From Acidimicrobiia bacterium (GTDB lineage: Bacteria; Actinomycetota; Acidimicrobiia; Spongiisociales; UBA5794): a DNA stretch of 64,000 bases. The stretch spans positions 1,564 through 65,563 of the forward strand of contig JBPCMS010000078.1 in assembly GCA_051002015.1 (NCBI GenBank). Reading direction: 5' to 3'. Positions 48,939 to 58,502 of the stretch are shown here, piece by piece. The position numbers were made by a program, and so were the translations under genes. The notes beneath the pieces were generated by a model. That model was given only the letters and a program-made list of their open reading frames with translations. It had not been told where the DNA came from and did not search any database. The first letter of the stretch is position 1. Each line of letters begins with the position of its first letter.

Positions 48939-49072
48939 GCCGAACCGGTCCGGTGCACGGGGATCCCCACGGAGCGGTTCGTCGTCGCCACCGCGCCAGT
49001 AAACCCGCCACCCGGTTGTCCGTCAAGGGACCCTATGCCTGCCCGGCGTCACCGGCGCTCCGGTGCCCGGCG

Positions 49073-49852
49073 TCACTGGGTCGCTTCGGTCGCCATCTCC
49101 CTGAGCAGCACGGCCAGACCCTGATCGCCGTGGACCTCGACCGCCACCAGCGGTGCCCGGCCCCACAACCACAGGTCGAGCATTCCGGCACTACCCGAGA
49201 TGATCGTGTCCGGATCGTGGACCTCGTCGACGACGACGGCGGCGTCGATGTCGTATGTGGTGCCGCTGTTGGGGGAGGTGCCCGTCATCCGACCCACCAG
49301 CAGGTTCCACGCCTGCTCGCCGGCCTCGATGCGGATCGTCCGGCCGCCGTCGGTGAACATGGCCCATTCGGGAATGCCGCCGATCATCACCCGCAGGATC
49401 TCGTCCACGCCGTCGAGGGCCAATGCGGGGTCGAGCGACGGGCCGAGACCGGCAGCCAGCTCGGCGTCTGCGCGGTGGATCAGCGCCTCGTGGGCCTGGC
49501 GCCGCATGACGAACCCGGCGTTCTGCTGGTCGGACCAGGTGTAACAGGGCGTGGCCGGGTCGGTTGCGGAAAGGGTGCTGACCAGGAAGGTCTTGGCCGA
49601 ATCGAGGGCGTCGACCAGGTTGTCGTCGGCGGGCCGCAATGGCTTGCGGTAGCCGTCCGGAGAGGGCAGCCGCTCGGACACGATCGTCGCCCAGAAGGTC
49701 TGGACCTCGGTGAGGTGCCACAGGAGATCCGCCACCGTCCAGCCCGGTGCGGAGGGCACGGGGCTCGAGGGCGGCACCGACCGGGCGGCATCGATGAGCC
49801 GCTCGGTCTCGCCGTCGATGTAGCCGATGTACTCGGCGGGTTGCAGTCGCAT
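49073..49852 (-). CDS. DinB-fold mycothiol-dependent maleylpyruvate-isomerase-family protein
   Basis: [10 protein letters not shown]...GWTVADLLWHLTEVQTFW...RRQAHEALIHRADAE. Confidence 0.75.
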   Translation of the reverse strand: MRLQPAEYIGYIDGETERLIDAARSVPPSSPVPSAPGWTVADLLWHLTEVQTFWATIVSERLPSPDGYRKPLRPADDNLVDALDSAKTFLVSTLSATDPATPCYTWSDQQNAGFVMRRQAHEALIHRADAELAAGLGPSLDPALALDGVDEILRVMIGGIPEWAMFTDGGRTIRIEAGEQAWNLLVGRMTGTSPNSGTTYDIDAAVVVDEVHDPDTIISGSAGMLDLWLWGRAPLVAVEVHGDQGLAVLLREMATEATQ

Positions 49853-49960
49853 CGGCCACCTCCGGCATCCGGTTGGTGAGCGCCACCGTACACCGCGCCG
49901 GTGACAGGAACGGGGCCGGTCGGCTCCACTACGAAGAACCAAGCGTTGTGGCGAGCCCGG

Positions 49961-51934
49961 TCAGTCGGCGGTTGCCGGGGCGCAGTCGCCCCGCTCGACG
50001 CAGGTGATCAACGGGCCCACCGCCTGGTCGACGAGGGCGGCATACACCTTTCTGCCCTCGCCGGTCAGGTGGACCCCGTCCGACACAAGGAGCTCGGGAC
50101 GGTCCTCGGATTGGTGGTACCAGTCGACGATCTCCAGCTTCGGCCAGCGCTCCGCCGCCTCCAGCAGGGTCTGGTTGACCTGGCCCTCCCACCGTCTGGG
50201 GACCCTGACGGTGACGGCGAGCACCCGCTCGGCCGGCCCGGCGCCCGCCATCAGCAGGTCGAACAGCTCGGCGTCGACCGGGCCATTCGTCCCGAGGTGG
50301 ACCAGGAGGATGTCCCCGAGGGTCCCCTCGTCCGCCAGCCGACCGATCACGGATACGCCGTCTGCGAACGAACGGGAGACCACGGCGTCGACCGTGGCGG
50401 TGTCGCCCAATGCCCGCTCCAGGTCGGGAGCGGCGCCGAGCATCACCGAGTCGCCGATGGCGGTGACGGTGGCCGGCTCCGGGGGCGGCGCCGGGACGTC
50501 GGACGGCCGGGTCAGGGTGGCGGCGGCGCCGCCGACCCGGACCATCTGGGGGGACGTCGGGGCGGTGGGGAGCTCGGCCGGGGCGGCGACCACCGGGCGA
50601 TGGCCGGCGGCATCGTCGCCCAGCGGCTCCACCAGCCGTGCCGGGACGGCGCCCCCGACCTGGACCATCCGGGTGGTCGTGGTCGGGTCCGGCGGCCCGG
50701 CGACGGCAGGTGGCGATCCCTCGGGACCGGGCGGGGCCAGCACCAGGGTGGCGACGAAGGCGGCGGCCATGGCGAGGCCGCCCACCCCAGCCAGCGCCCG
50801 GGCGGGCCGCGGTCGGGGACGAAGCATGCCCCGCATCCACCCGGCCAGACCGCGCTCGATGATGGGTCGCTCGACCAGCCGGTAGGAGAGGGCGGCGATG
50901 GCGACGGTGAGTGCCACCCGGACCACGTCGAGCCGCCATCCGGCGAAGGGGAGATCGAACTGGGGCCTGGTCACCATCAACACCGGCCAGTGCCACAGGT
51001 ATATCCCGTAGGAGCGCCGCCCGATCCATCCGAGGACGGGGGTGCTCAACAGCCTCGAGGCGGAGGTCGGGGTGGCCGCTCCCACCACCAGCGCCGCAGT
51101 TGCCAGCGACACCAACAGGAAGCCGCCCCGGTACATCGCCCCCTGGAACTCGCTGCCGAGCACCATCCAGCCCGCCAGCGCGGTCAGGCCTCCCCAGGCG
51201 GCCAGCTCGGCCAGCGCTCGGTTCCGCCGGCGTGGCGGCTGCGCCAGACGGTCGGGGGAGGTGACGAAGGCCAGCCCGGCGCCGATGAGCAGCCCGACCG
51301 CCCTGGTGTCGGTCCCGAAGTAGACACGGGACGGATCGCTCAGCGGCTCATACAGGAAGGCCATCAGCGCCATGGAGCCGAGCGCTCCGAGCCACACCAG
51401 GCTCAGCATCCGGCGGCGTAGCAGCGCCCATCCGGCGGCGACCACCAGCGGCCACATCAGGTAGAACTGCTCCTCCACCGTAAGCGACCACAGGTGGCGG
51501 AGCAGCGGGGGCCGGGCCATAGACTCGAAGTACGAGGTGTCGGAGTAGATCAGGGCCCAGTTGGTGACGTACCCGAAGGCGGCGGCGACGTCACCGCGCA
51601 GACCGCGCAGCTCGTCCGGCAGCACCACCGCGGTGTAGGTCACCACCCCGATCAGCAGCAGGAACAGCGCCGGGAGCAGCCGCCGAGCCCGCCTCACCCA
51701 GAAGCGGCGGACGTTGAACCGCCCGAAGCTGCGGATGTCGGCGACCAGCAGCGAGGTGATGAGGAACCCGCTCACCACGAAGAACACGTCGACCCCGAGG
51801 AACCCGGCGGGGAGCCAGTCGACCTCGAGGTGATAGAGCACCACGGCGATGACCGCCAGGGCGCGCACCCCGTCCAACCCCGCCATCATGGGCAGGGTGC
51901 GCCGGGCCTCGCCGATACCGTCGGGCGGGAGCAT
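49961..51934 (-). CDS. acyltransferase-3 family membrane protein fused to a C-terminal SGNH-like domain (OafA/YrhL type)
   Basis: LDGVRALAVIAVVLYHL...GFLGVDVFFVVSGFLIT...RRARRLLPAL, about 10 TM spans, then AIGDSVMLGA...HLGTNG. The start could be 51934 or 51889. Confidence 0.8.
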   Translation of the reverse strand: MLPPDGIGEARRTLPMMAGLDGVRALAVIAVVLYHLEVDWLPAGFLGVDVFFVVSGFLITSLLVADIRSFGRFNVRRFWVRRARRLLPALFLLLIGVVTYTAVVLPDELRGLRGDVAAAFGYVTNWALIYSDTSYFESMARPPLLRHLWSLTVEEQFYLMWPLVVAAGWALLRRRMLSLVWLGALGSMALMAFLYEPLSDPSRVYFGTDTRAVGLLIGAGLAFVTSPDRLAQPPRRRNRALAELAAWGGLTALAGWMVLGSEFQGAMYRGGFLLVSLATAALVVGAATPTSASRLLSTPVLGWIGRRSYGIYLWHWPVLMVTRPQFDLPFAGWRLDVVRVALTVAIAALSYRLVERPIIERGLAGWMRGMLRPRPRPARALAGVGGLAMAAAFVATLVLAPPGPEGSPPAVAGPPDPTTTTRMVQVGGAVPARLVEPLGDDAAGHRPVVAAPAELPTAPTSPQMVRVGGAAATLTRPSDVPAPPPEPATVTAIGDSVMLGAAPDLERALGDTATVDAVVSRSFADGVSVIGRLADEGTLGDILLVHLGTNGPVDAELFDLLMAGAGPAERVLAVTVRVPRRWEGQVNQTLLEAAERWPKLEIVDWYHQSEDRPELLVSDGVHLTGEGRKVYAALVDQAVGPLITCVERGDCAPATAD

Positions 51935-51999
51935 CAGCCCATTCTCGCCCGATTCGCGAAAACATGCACTCGCCGGGCGGATGTACCCGCGGTCGAGCC

Positions 52000-52851
52000 T
52001 CAGTCGTGCTCGATCTCGCCGAGGATGCGCCAGGTGCCCGCCTCCTCGCCGAGCACGTAGGTGATGTCGACGGTGCGCTGCACGGTGTCGTCCTCGGACA
52101 GGACCGTCCATCGCACCACGGCCAGCGCCGCCCGCTCGGCCGGGTACTCGAACACCAGATCCTCGGCGACCCACACGTGCTCATCTGCGCCGTGCTCGGC
52201 GGCGGCGATCCGCCGGTAGTACCGCCCGAGCGCCTCGGGGCTCTCATGGCGGATGGTGTCCGACCCGCGCACCGCAAAGCTCCCGGGGGCGTGGGCGTCG
52301 ACCAGGGTATCGACATCGCCCGTCGTCCTGGCGGCGGCGTATGCGGCGAAGAACATCACCACCGGCTCGTCCCCGGGTGGGTCCTCCACCTCGGCGACCT
52401 CGTCGGGCGGCGGCCACACCAGCTCGAAGCGCTCCAGCACCACCAGGGTGTCGTCCTGCAGGGTGTGCCCGCTCTGGGCGAAGAAGTCGATGTGGGCCTG
52501 ACGCCAGAAGGCCAGGCTGCGGTCGCCCTCGCCCTCGTCCCAGGCGTATCCGTCGTCCACCTGGCCGAACGGAACGATGTCCACCTCGGTGGTGCGGATG
52601 ATGCACACCGGGGCGCCGGAGCCGTCGAGGACCACGCTGTAGCCGCCCACCGTCGGCATCTCGTTGTCGGCCACGGCATCCTCGTACAGCCCGGTGGTGG
52701 CCCGCTTGGGGCCGTGGAGGACGAGATAGGCCAGCTCGTAGGCCAGGTCGGGGGTGTTCTCGTCACCGAAGGCCCAGGCATCGAAGTCGGCGGTCACCCC
52801 GGTGGCCGAGGCGAACCTCTCCCAGAAGGCTTCGACCGGGTCGATACGCAC
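52000..52851 (-). CDS. ASCH-domain protein with an extra C-terminal NTF2/SnoaL-like module (tentative)
   Basis: FGDENTPDLAYELAYLVLHGPKRATT...YAWDEGEGDRSLAFWRQAHIDFF is typical ASCH. The C-terminal 120 aa are of uncertain fold. Confidence 0.65.
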   Translation of the reverse strand: MRIDPVEAFWERFASATGVTADFDAWAFGDENTPDLAYELAYLVLHGPKRATTGLYEDAVADNEMPTVGGYSVVLDGSGAPVCIIRTTEVDIVPFGQVDDGYAWDEGEGDRSLAFWRQAHIDFFAQSGHTLQDDTLVVLERFELVWPPPDEVAEVEDPPGDEPVVMFFAAYAAARTTGDVDTLVDAHAPGSFAVRGSDTIRHESPEALGRYYRRIAAAEHGADEHVWVAEDLVFEYPAERAALAVVRWTVLSEDDTVQRTVDITYVLGEEAGTWRILGEIEHD

Positions 52852-53016
52852 CAGGGCATCCTACGCGCCCCGTTGCCGTCTCGGGATGCCGTCGGTACGA
52901 TTGCCCGATGCGCACCGACCGGCGATGGTTGATGTCCCCGACCTGATCGACCTGCCGCGTCCGTCCACCCGCCGGAGGTCACCCTCCGGCGCTCTCGTCT
53001 CATAGGAGCGTCCACC

Positions 53017-54006
53017 TTGGACCGTCAGAAGACCGTCTTCTCCGGGTTGCAGCCGACCGGGAACATCCATCTGGGCAACTACCTGGGGGCGTTGCGCAAC
53101 TGGGTGAGGCTCCAGGACGCCTACCAGACGGTGTACTGCGTGGTCGATCTCCATGCCATGGTCGCCGACTACGACCCTGCCGAGTACTCCCGGGACCGTC
53201 TCGAGGCGGCCAAGGTGCTGCTCGCCTGCGGGATCGACCCCGAGCGCTCACTGTTCTACTACCAGAGTGAGGTGCCCCAGCATGTGGAGCTGTCGTGGAT
53301 GCTGGCCACGATGACCCCGATGGGAGTGCTCAACCGGATGACCCAGTACAAGGACAAGACGGCCAAGGGCGTCGCCGCCAACCTCGGGCTGTTCGCCTAC
53401 CCGGTGCTGATGGCCGCCGACATCATGGTCCACCACGCCCATCTGGTGCCGGTGGGCGACGACCAGCGCCAGCACCTCGAGGTGACCCGCGACCTGGTGG
53501 AGCGGTTCAACAACCGCTTCGGCGAGGTGTTCCCCGTTCCCGATGCGTTGATCCCGGAGACGTCGGCGCGGGTGATGTCGTTGACCGAGCCCACCGCCAA
53601 GATGTCCAAATCGGACGTCAACGAACGCAGCCGGGTGCTGCTCCTCGACCCGCCCGATGTGGTACGCAGGCGCATCCGGTCGGCGGTCACCGACTCCGAG
53701 CCGACGGTGCGCCACGACTGGGACGAGAAGCCGGGGGTGAGCAACCTGCTCGAGATCATGTCGGGCGCCATCGGGCGGCCCATCCCCGAGCTGGTCGACG
53801 AGTACGGCACCGGCGGGTACGGGAGGTTCAAGGAGGCGGTGGCCGAGGCGGTCGACCACATGCTCGATCCCATCCGCACCGCATACGCCGAGCTCGACGA
53901 CGCCGACGTCACCGCCGTGATGACCGAAGGGGCCGAGGCGGCCCGCGCCTCGGCAGAGGGCTTCCAGCGCCAGGCGAGGGCGGCGATGGGCCTCTCCGGT
54001 CGGTGA
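53017..54006 (+). CDS. trpS: tryptophan--tRNA ligase
   Basis: VFSGLQPTGNIHLGNYLGA (HIGH-like)...KMSKS. TTG start with an AGGAG RBS. Confidence 0.95.
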   Translation: MDRQKTVFSGLQPTGNIHLGNYLGALRNWVRLQDAYQTVYCVVDLHAMVADYDPAEYSRDRLEAAKVLLACGIDPERSLFYYQSEVPQHVELSWMLATMTPMGVLNRMTQYKDKTAKGVAANLGLFAYPVLMAADIMVHHAHLVPVGDDQRQHLEVTRDLVERFNNRFGEVFPVPDALIPETSARVMSLTEPTAKMSKSDVNERSRVLLLDPPDVVRRRIRSAVTDSEPTVRHDWDEKPGVSNLLEIMSGAIGRPIPELVDEYGTGGYGRFKEAVAEAVDHMLDPIRTAYAELDDADVTAVMTEGAEAARASAEGFQRQARAAMGLSGR

Positions 54007-54019
54007 ACGGAGGCGGGCG

Positions 54020-54799
54020 GTGAACGACAAGCTCCGCCGGGCCCTCGACAACGAGCGGTACCCGCGGTCCTCGGGCTACGACCCGGAGTGGGTGATCGCC
54101 AACGAGATGGGGCCCCATCCGCTGTGGCTGATGGAGGCCCTGACCGCCGGGGTCGCCGTCGAGCCCTCGATGCGGGTGCTCGACCTCGGCTGCGGCCGGG
54201 CACTCACCTCGATCTTCCTGGCAAGGGAGTTCGGGGTGGAGGTGTGGGCGGCGGACCTGTGGATCGACCCCGCCGACAACCGGGCCAGGGTCGCCGAGAC
54301 CGGACTGGTCGACCGGGTGCACCCGATCCGGGTCGAGGCCCACGAGCTTCCCTTCCACGACGACTTCTTCGACCTGGTGCTCAGCGTCGACGCCTTCCAT
54401 TACTTCGGGACCGAGGACTTCTACCTCGACATGCTGGTCCGGGTGGTGCGAGACGGTGGCAGGGTCGGGATGGTGTCCCCCGGGCTCACCTACGAGATCG
54501 GCCAGGAGGTGCCGGACCATCTGGCGCCGTTCTGGGAGTGGGAGTACGAGACGTTCCATTCGCCGGCGTGGTGGCGTCGCCATTGGGAGCGCAGCGGGCT
54601 GGTCGAGGTCGAGACCGCCGACCTGGTGGTCGACGGCTGGCGTGACTGGCTGCGCTGGAGCGAGGTTGCGGCCCCGCACGCCAGGGAGGAGTGGATGCGG
54701 GTGGAGGGGCTGAAGGTGGCCGGGTTGCTCCGGATCGATGCGGGGAGGACCGTCGGCTTCACCAGGGTCGTCGCCCGGAAGCTGCCACCAGGGCAGTGA
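54020..54799 (+). CDS. class I SAM-dependent methyltransferase
   Basis: RVLDLGCGRALTSIFLA...FDLVLSVDAFHYF. GTG start. Confidence 0.8.
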   Translation: MNDKLRRALDNERYPRSSGYDPEWVIANEMGPHPLWLMEALTAGVAVEPSMRVLDLGCGRALTSIFLAREFGVEVWAADLWIDPADNRARVAETGLVDRVHPIRVEAHELPFHDDFFDLVLSVDAFHYFGTEDFYLDMLVRVVRDGGRVGMVSPGLTYEIGQEVPDHLAPFWEWEYETFHSPAWWRRHWERSGLVEVETADLVVDGWRDWLRWSEVAAPHAREEWMRVEGLKVAGLLRIDAGRTVGFTRVVARKLPPGQ

Positions 54800-54827
54800 T
54801 GGCGCAGACCTGCGGTAGCGTACGAGC

Positions 54828-55478
54828 ATGAGCCGCTGGATGGACGACGGGGTGGAGACGTACCTCACCGGCCAGGCCGCCATCGAGCATGCATCCCCGG
54901 CGCTCGAGCAGATGGAGGCCTACGCCACCGAGCACGGCTTCCCCATCGTCGGCCGCGCCACCGGCCGCTATCTGGAGATGGCGGCGCGCTCCATCGGCGC
55001 TCGCCGGGTGATGGAGCTTGGCTCCGGCTTCGGCTACTCGGCGTACTGGTTCGCCCGCGCCGTGGGATCGGGCGGCGAGGTGGTGTGCACCGACGGCGAC
55101 CCCGACAACGCCACCCGCGCCGAGGGATACCTCCGGGCGGCCGGGCTGTGGGACCGGGTGCGCTACCACGTGGGCGATGCTCTCGAGGGCTTCGCCGCCG
55201 AGGATGGCCGGTTCGACATCGTCTACTGCGATGTCGACAAGCCGGGCTACCCGGACTGCTGGCGGGCGGCGCGCGACCGGATCAGGATCGGCGGGTTGTG
55301 GCTGTGCGACAACGTCCTCTGGAGCGGCCACGTGGCGACCGGCGCCGACCGGGAGGGGTTGGCCGGCTGGACGGCGCCCATCATCGAGCACAACCGGCTG
55401 GTGGCCGACGACCCCGGGTACGTGGGCACCATCGTGCCCATCCGTGACGGCGTCATGGCGGCCCTTCGGGTCAAGTGA
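54828..55478 (+). CDS. O-methyltransferase, family 3 (caffeoyl-CoA OMT-like)
   Basis: RRVMELGSGFGYSAYWFA...FDIVYCDVDKPGY...GGLWLCDNVLWSG. Confidence 0.8.
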   Translation: MSRWMDDGVETYLTGQAAIEHASPALEQMEAYATEHGFPIVGRATGRYLEMAARSIGARRVMELGSGFGYSAYWFARAVGSGGEVVCTDGDPDNATRAEGYLRAAGLWDRVRYHVGDALEGFAAEDGRFDIVYCDVDKPGYPDCWRAARDRIRIGGLWLCDNVLWSGHVATGADREGLAGWTAPIIEHNRLVADDPGYVGTIVPIRDGVMAALRVK

Positions 55479-55565
55479 CGCCGATTCCATCACCGTGCGG
55501 TGATCTGGCACAATCGCCCGCAGCGGTGGGGAGACCGCCCACTGACCACGGTGACCTCCGGGGGG

Positions 55566-57125
55566 ATGATGCAGGTCGAGTTCACAGGCCACGCCGGTAT
55601 CTCGTTGACCGCCGGTGATACCCATCTGCTGATGGACGCCTGGCTGTCGCCGCGGGGGGCCTTCGATGCCTCCTGGTTCCAGCTCCCCTCCAACCACCAC
55701 TTCTTCGACCGGGACTGGAGCAGCGTCACCGGGCTGATCGTCTCCCACGAGCATCTCGACCACCTCGACGTCGACTTCCTCAACACGATGCCGCCGGACC
55801 TCCCGTTCTACATCCCCGCATACGGCTCGATGCTGTACCGGCGCAAGGTGGGCCGTCTCACCGGTCGCCGGCCCGTCATCCTCCAGCTCGAGCGGGAGCA
55901 CCCCGTCGGCGACATCGGGGTGGCGGTGTGGATCGAGGACTCGCCCATCAACCAGGACTCGGTGTGGGTGTTCACCCACGAGGGGCGGTCGATCGTGCAC
56001 ACGGTGGACAGCAGGCTCACCCCGCACCAGCTCGACCAGATCCTCGAGTACCTGGGCGGCCCACCGGACATGCTGCTGGTGCAGTGCTCGGGGGCGAGCT
56101 GGTACCCGCTGGTGTACGAGCAGTACGCCGACGAGCTGAAGCAGAGCCGGTCGGAGCGCAAGCGGGCCCAGAAGCTGGGATACGCCCTGTCGGTGGCGAG
56201 GCGGCTCAACCCGGCGACCACGATCATCTGCGCCGGCCCCCCGGTGTTCCTCGACCCCGAGCTGCAGCGGTACAACACCGACCCGTCCTTCCCGCTCCCG
56301 TCCCACGCCAAGACGTGGTTCGCCGAGCAGGGCTACATCGGCAGGGTCGAGGCGCCGCTCCCCGGTGACCGCATCGACCTGGCCACCGGTGAGCTGATCG
56401 AGGACGCCGCCATGCACCGGCGCTTCTCGTGGGACCGCACCGCCGAGTACCTGCCGGGGTATGCCGCCGAGGCGGCCCCACAGATCGCCCAGGTGTACGC
56501 CAATGCCGAGGGGCTGGCCGAGGGCGACCTGTATCCCGCCTTCGAGGAGCATTTCACGGCCATGTTCGAGCTGAGCCCGTACTTCAACCAGCGGATCGAC
56601 ATGACGCTGCGCTTCGACATCGAGGGCGATGGCGGCGGCATCTGGCTGGTCGGCATCGGCGAGGACTGCTGGGTGAGCCGCGGAGCCGTCGACAGCCCGT
56701 TCAACTACCGCTACCGGTTCCACAGCCGGTGGTTGAAGCGGATCCTGTTCGACCACGTGCCGTGGGAGGATTTCTTCCTCAGCCTCCGGTTCCTCGCCGC
56801 CCGGAAGCCGGACGTCTACAACGACCACCTGCTCGGGCTGCTCAAGTTCAACGACCGGGGCTCGCTGCGCGAGGTGGAGAAGTACGAGCGGCGGGAGAGC
56901 GACGAGACCATCGTGGTCACCACACCCGACGGGACCAGCTACGAGATCAACAGGTACTGCCCCCACGCCGGCGCCAGCCTGGAGGGGGGCACCATCGAGG
57001 GGCACATCCTCACCTGCCTCAACCACCACTACGAGTTCGACCTCGACACCGGGGTGTGCCTCACCGGCGACTGCGAGCTGCGCACCCGTCGCCTCGACGA
57101 GATCGAACCAAGCCCCGCCGGCTGA
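55566..57125 (+). CDS. metallo-beta-lactamase-fold protein fused to a C-terminal Rieske [2Fe-2S] domain
   Basis: N-terminal VSHEHLDHLD (HxHxDH). C-terminal CPHAGASL-x16-CLNHHYEF (CxH...CxxH). Confidence 0.8.
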   Translation: MMQVEFTGHAGISLTAGDTHLLMDAWLSPRGAFDASWFQLPSNHHFFDRDWSSVTGLIVSHEHLDHLDVDFLNTMPPDLPFYIPAYGSMLYRRKVGRLTGRRPVILQLEREHPVGDIGVAVWIEDSPINQDSVWVFTHEGRSIVHTVDSRLTPHQLDQILEYLGGPPDMLLVQCSGASWYPLVYEQYADELKQSRSERKRAQKLGYALSVARRLNPATTIICAGPPVFLDPELQRYNTDPSFPLPSHAKTWFAEQGYIGRVEAPLPGDRIDLATGELIEDAAMHRRFSWDRTAEYLPGYAAEAAPQIAQVYANAEGLAEGDLYPAFEEHFTAMFELSPYFNQRIDMTLRFDIEGDGGGIWLVGIGEDCWVSRGAVDSPFNYRYRFHSRWLKRILFDHVPWEDFFLSLRFLAARKPDVYNDHLLGLLKFNDRGSLREVEKYERRESDETIVVTTPDGTSYEINRYCPHAGASLEGGTIEGHILTCLNHHYEFDLDTGVCLTGDCELRTRRLDEIEPSPAG

Positions 57126-57157
57126 ACGGGAGCCCCCGAACCCCCTGCCGTTTTTTG

Positions 57158-57209
57158 GAACCTTAGGTTGCTGGGTGTCGTGGCGGTGTGTGATCCGCTG
57201 AAGTTCGGG
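57158..57209 (+). promoter_or_regulatory. conserved bipartite element GAACCTTAGGTT-N23-ATCCGCTGAAGTTCGGG (copy 2, upstream of guaB3)
   Basis: Both boxes are identical to 26477-26528 at the same spacing. It is preceded by TTTTTT and ends 119 nt before the guaB3 ATG. Confidence 0.5.
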
Positions 57210-57328
57210 CCGGGACGCCCCGCTGACCGAGGATTGTCACCCGAGACGGCTCCGGCACTCCGCTGAGCGGAAGCGGTCCGGTGGTACCCTCGACCCTGCG
57301 CTGGACGAAGAGTTGGCGGAGGTTTCCC

Positions 57329-58489
57329 ATGGAGATCGAGATCGGCATCGCCAAAACCGGTCGGCGCGCCTGGGGCTTCGACGACATCGCCATCGTCCCC
57401 CCGCGCCGCACCCGCGACCCTGACGACGGCGACCTGAGCTGGGAGATCGACGCCTACCACTTCGAGCTGCCCATGATGGGGGCGGCGATGGATTCGGCGG
57501 TCAGCCCGGCCACCGCCATCGAGATCGGGCGCCTCGGCGGGCTCGGCGTGCTCAACCTCGAGGGGCTGTGGACCCGCTACGAGGACCCGATGCCGCTCTA
57601 CGACGAGATCGGATCGGTCCCCGCCGACAAGGCCACCCAGCGGATGCAGGAGATCTACCAGGAGCCGATCAAGCCGGAGCTGATCGCCCCGAGGGTCGAG
57701 GAGATGCGGGCGGGCGACGTCGTCACCGCCGCCAGCGTCACCCCACAGAACGCCGCCCGCTATGCCCACCTCGCCGTCGGGGCCGGGCTCCACGTCCTGG
57801 TGATCCAGGGCACCGTGGTGTCGGCCGAGCACGTCTCCACCCGCACCGAGCCGCTCGACCTCAACCGGTTCATCTCCGGGCTCGAGGTGCCGGTGATCGT
57901 GGGCGGGTGCGCCTCGTACGCCGGTGCCCTGCACCTGATGCGCACCGGCGCCGCCGGGGTGCTGGTCGGGGTCGGACCCGGCGCCGCCTGCACGTCACGT
58001 GGGGTGCTCGGGATCGGGGTGCCCCAGGCGACCGCCGTCGCCGACGCCGCCGGGGCCAGGACCCGCTACCTGGAGGAGACCGGCCGCTACGTCCACGTCA
58101 TCGCCGACGGGGGGATGCGCACCGGCGGTGATGTGGCCAAGGCGATCGCCTGCGGGGCCGATGCGGTGATGATCGGGTCCCCGCTCGCCGCCGCGGTCGA
58201 GGCCCCGGCCAGCGGGAACCACTGGGGGATGGCCACCTTCCATCCCACCCTGCCCCGCGGCGCAAGGGTGGCGACGACCACGCTGGGGACGCTGGCCGAG
58301 ATCCTGGTGGGCCCGGCTCACGAGAACGACGGCCGCCGCAACCTGTTCGGGGCGCTGCGGGTGTCGATGGCCACCACGGGCTACGCCAACGTCAAGGAGT
58401 TCCAGAAGGCCGAGGTGATGATCGCCCCGGCCCTGCAGAGCGAGGGCAAGGCCCTGCAGCGGTCGCAGAACATCGGCATGGGGTCGTGA
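57329..58489 (+). CDS. guaB3: GuaB3-type IMP-dehydrogenase-related protein (no CBS insert)
   Basis: [24 protein letters not shown]...[24 protein letters not shown]...[38 protein letters not shown]. Confidence 0.88.
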   Translation: MEIEIGIAKTGRRAWGFDDIAIVPPRRTRDPDDGDLSWEIDAYHFELPMMGAAMDSAVSPATAIEIGRLGGLGVLNLEGLWTRYEDPMPLYDEIGSVPADKATQRMQEIYQEPIKPELIAPRVEEMRAGDVVTAASVTPQNAARYAHLAVGAGLHVLVIQGTVVSAEHVSTRTEPLDLNRFISGLEVPVIVGGCASYAGALHLMRTGAAGVLVGVGPGAACTSRGVLGIGVPQATAVADAAGARTRYLEETGRYVHVIADGGMRTGGDVAKAIACGADAVMIGSPLAAAVEAPASGNHWGMATFHPTLPRGARVATTTLGTLAEILVGPAHENDGRRNLFGALRVSMATTGYANVKEFQKAEVMIAPALQSEGKALQRSQNIGMGS

Positions 58490-58502
58490 CGGCCCGGGCC
58501 CG

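Noticed and set aside
52852-53016. A T-box or Trp-leader attenuator upstream of trpS. A 9-bp hairpin CGCCGGAGG-tcac-CCTCCGGCG lies at 52970-52991.
   Set aside because: There is no T-box consensus (no AGGGTGGTACCGCG-like box), no specifier-loop features and no Trp-codon mini-ORF. The hairpin alone is insufficient, although it could still be a minor regulatory stem.
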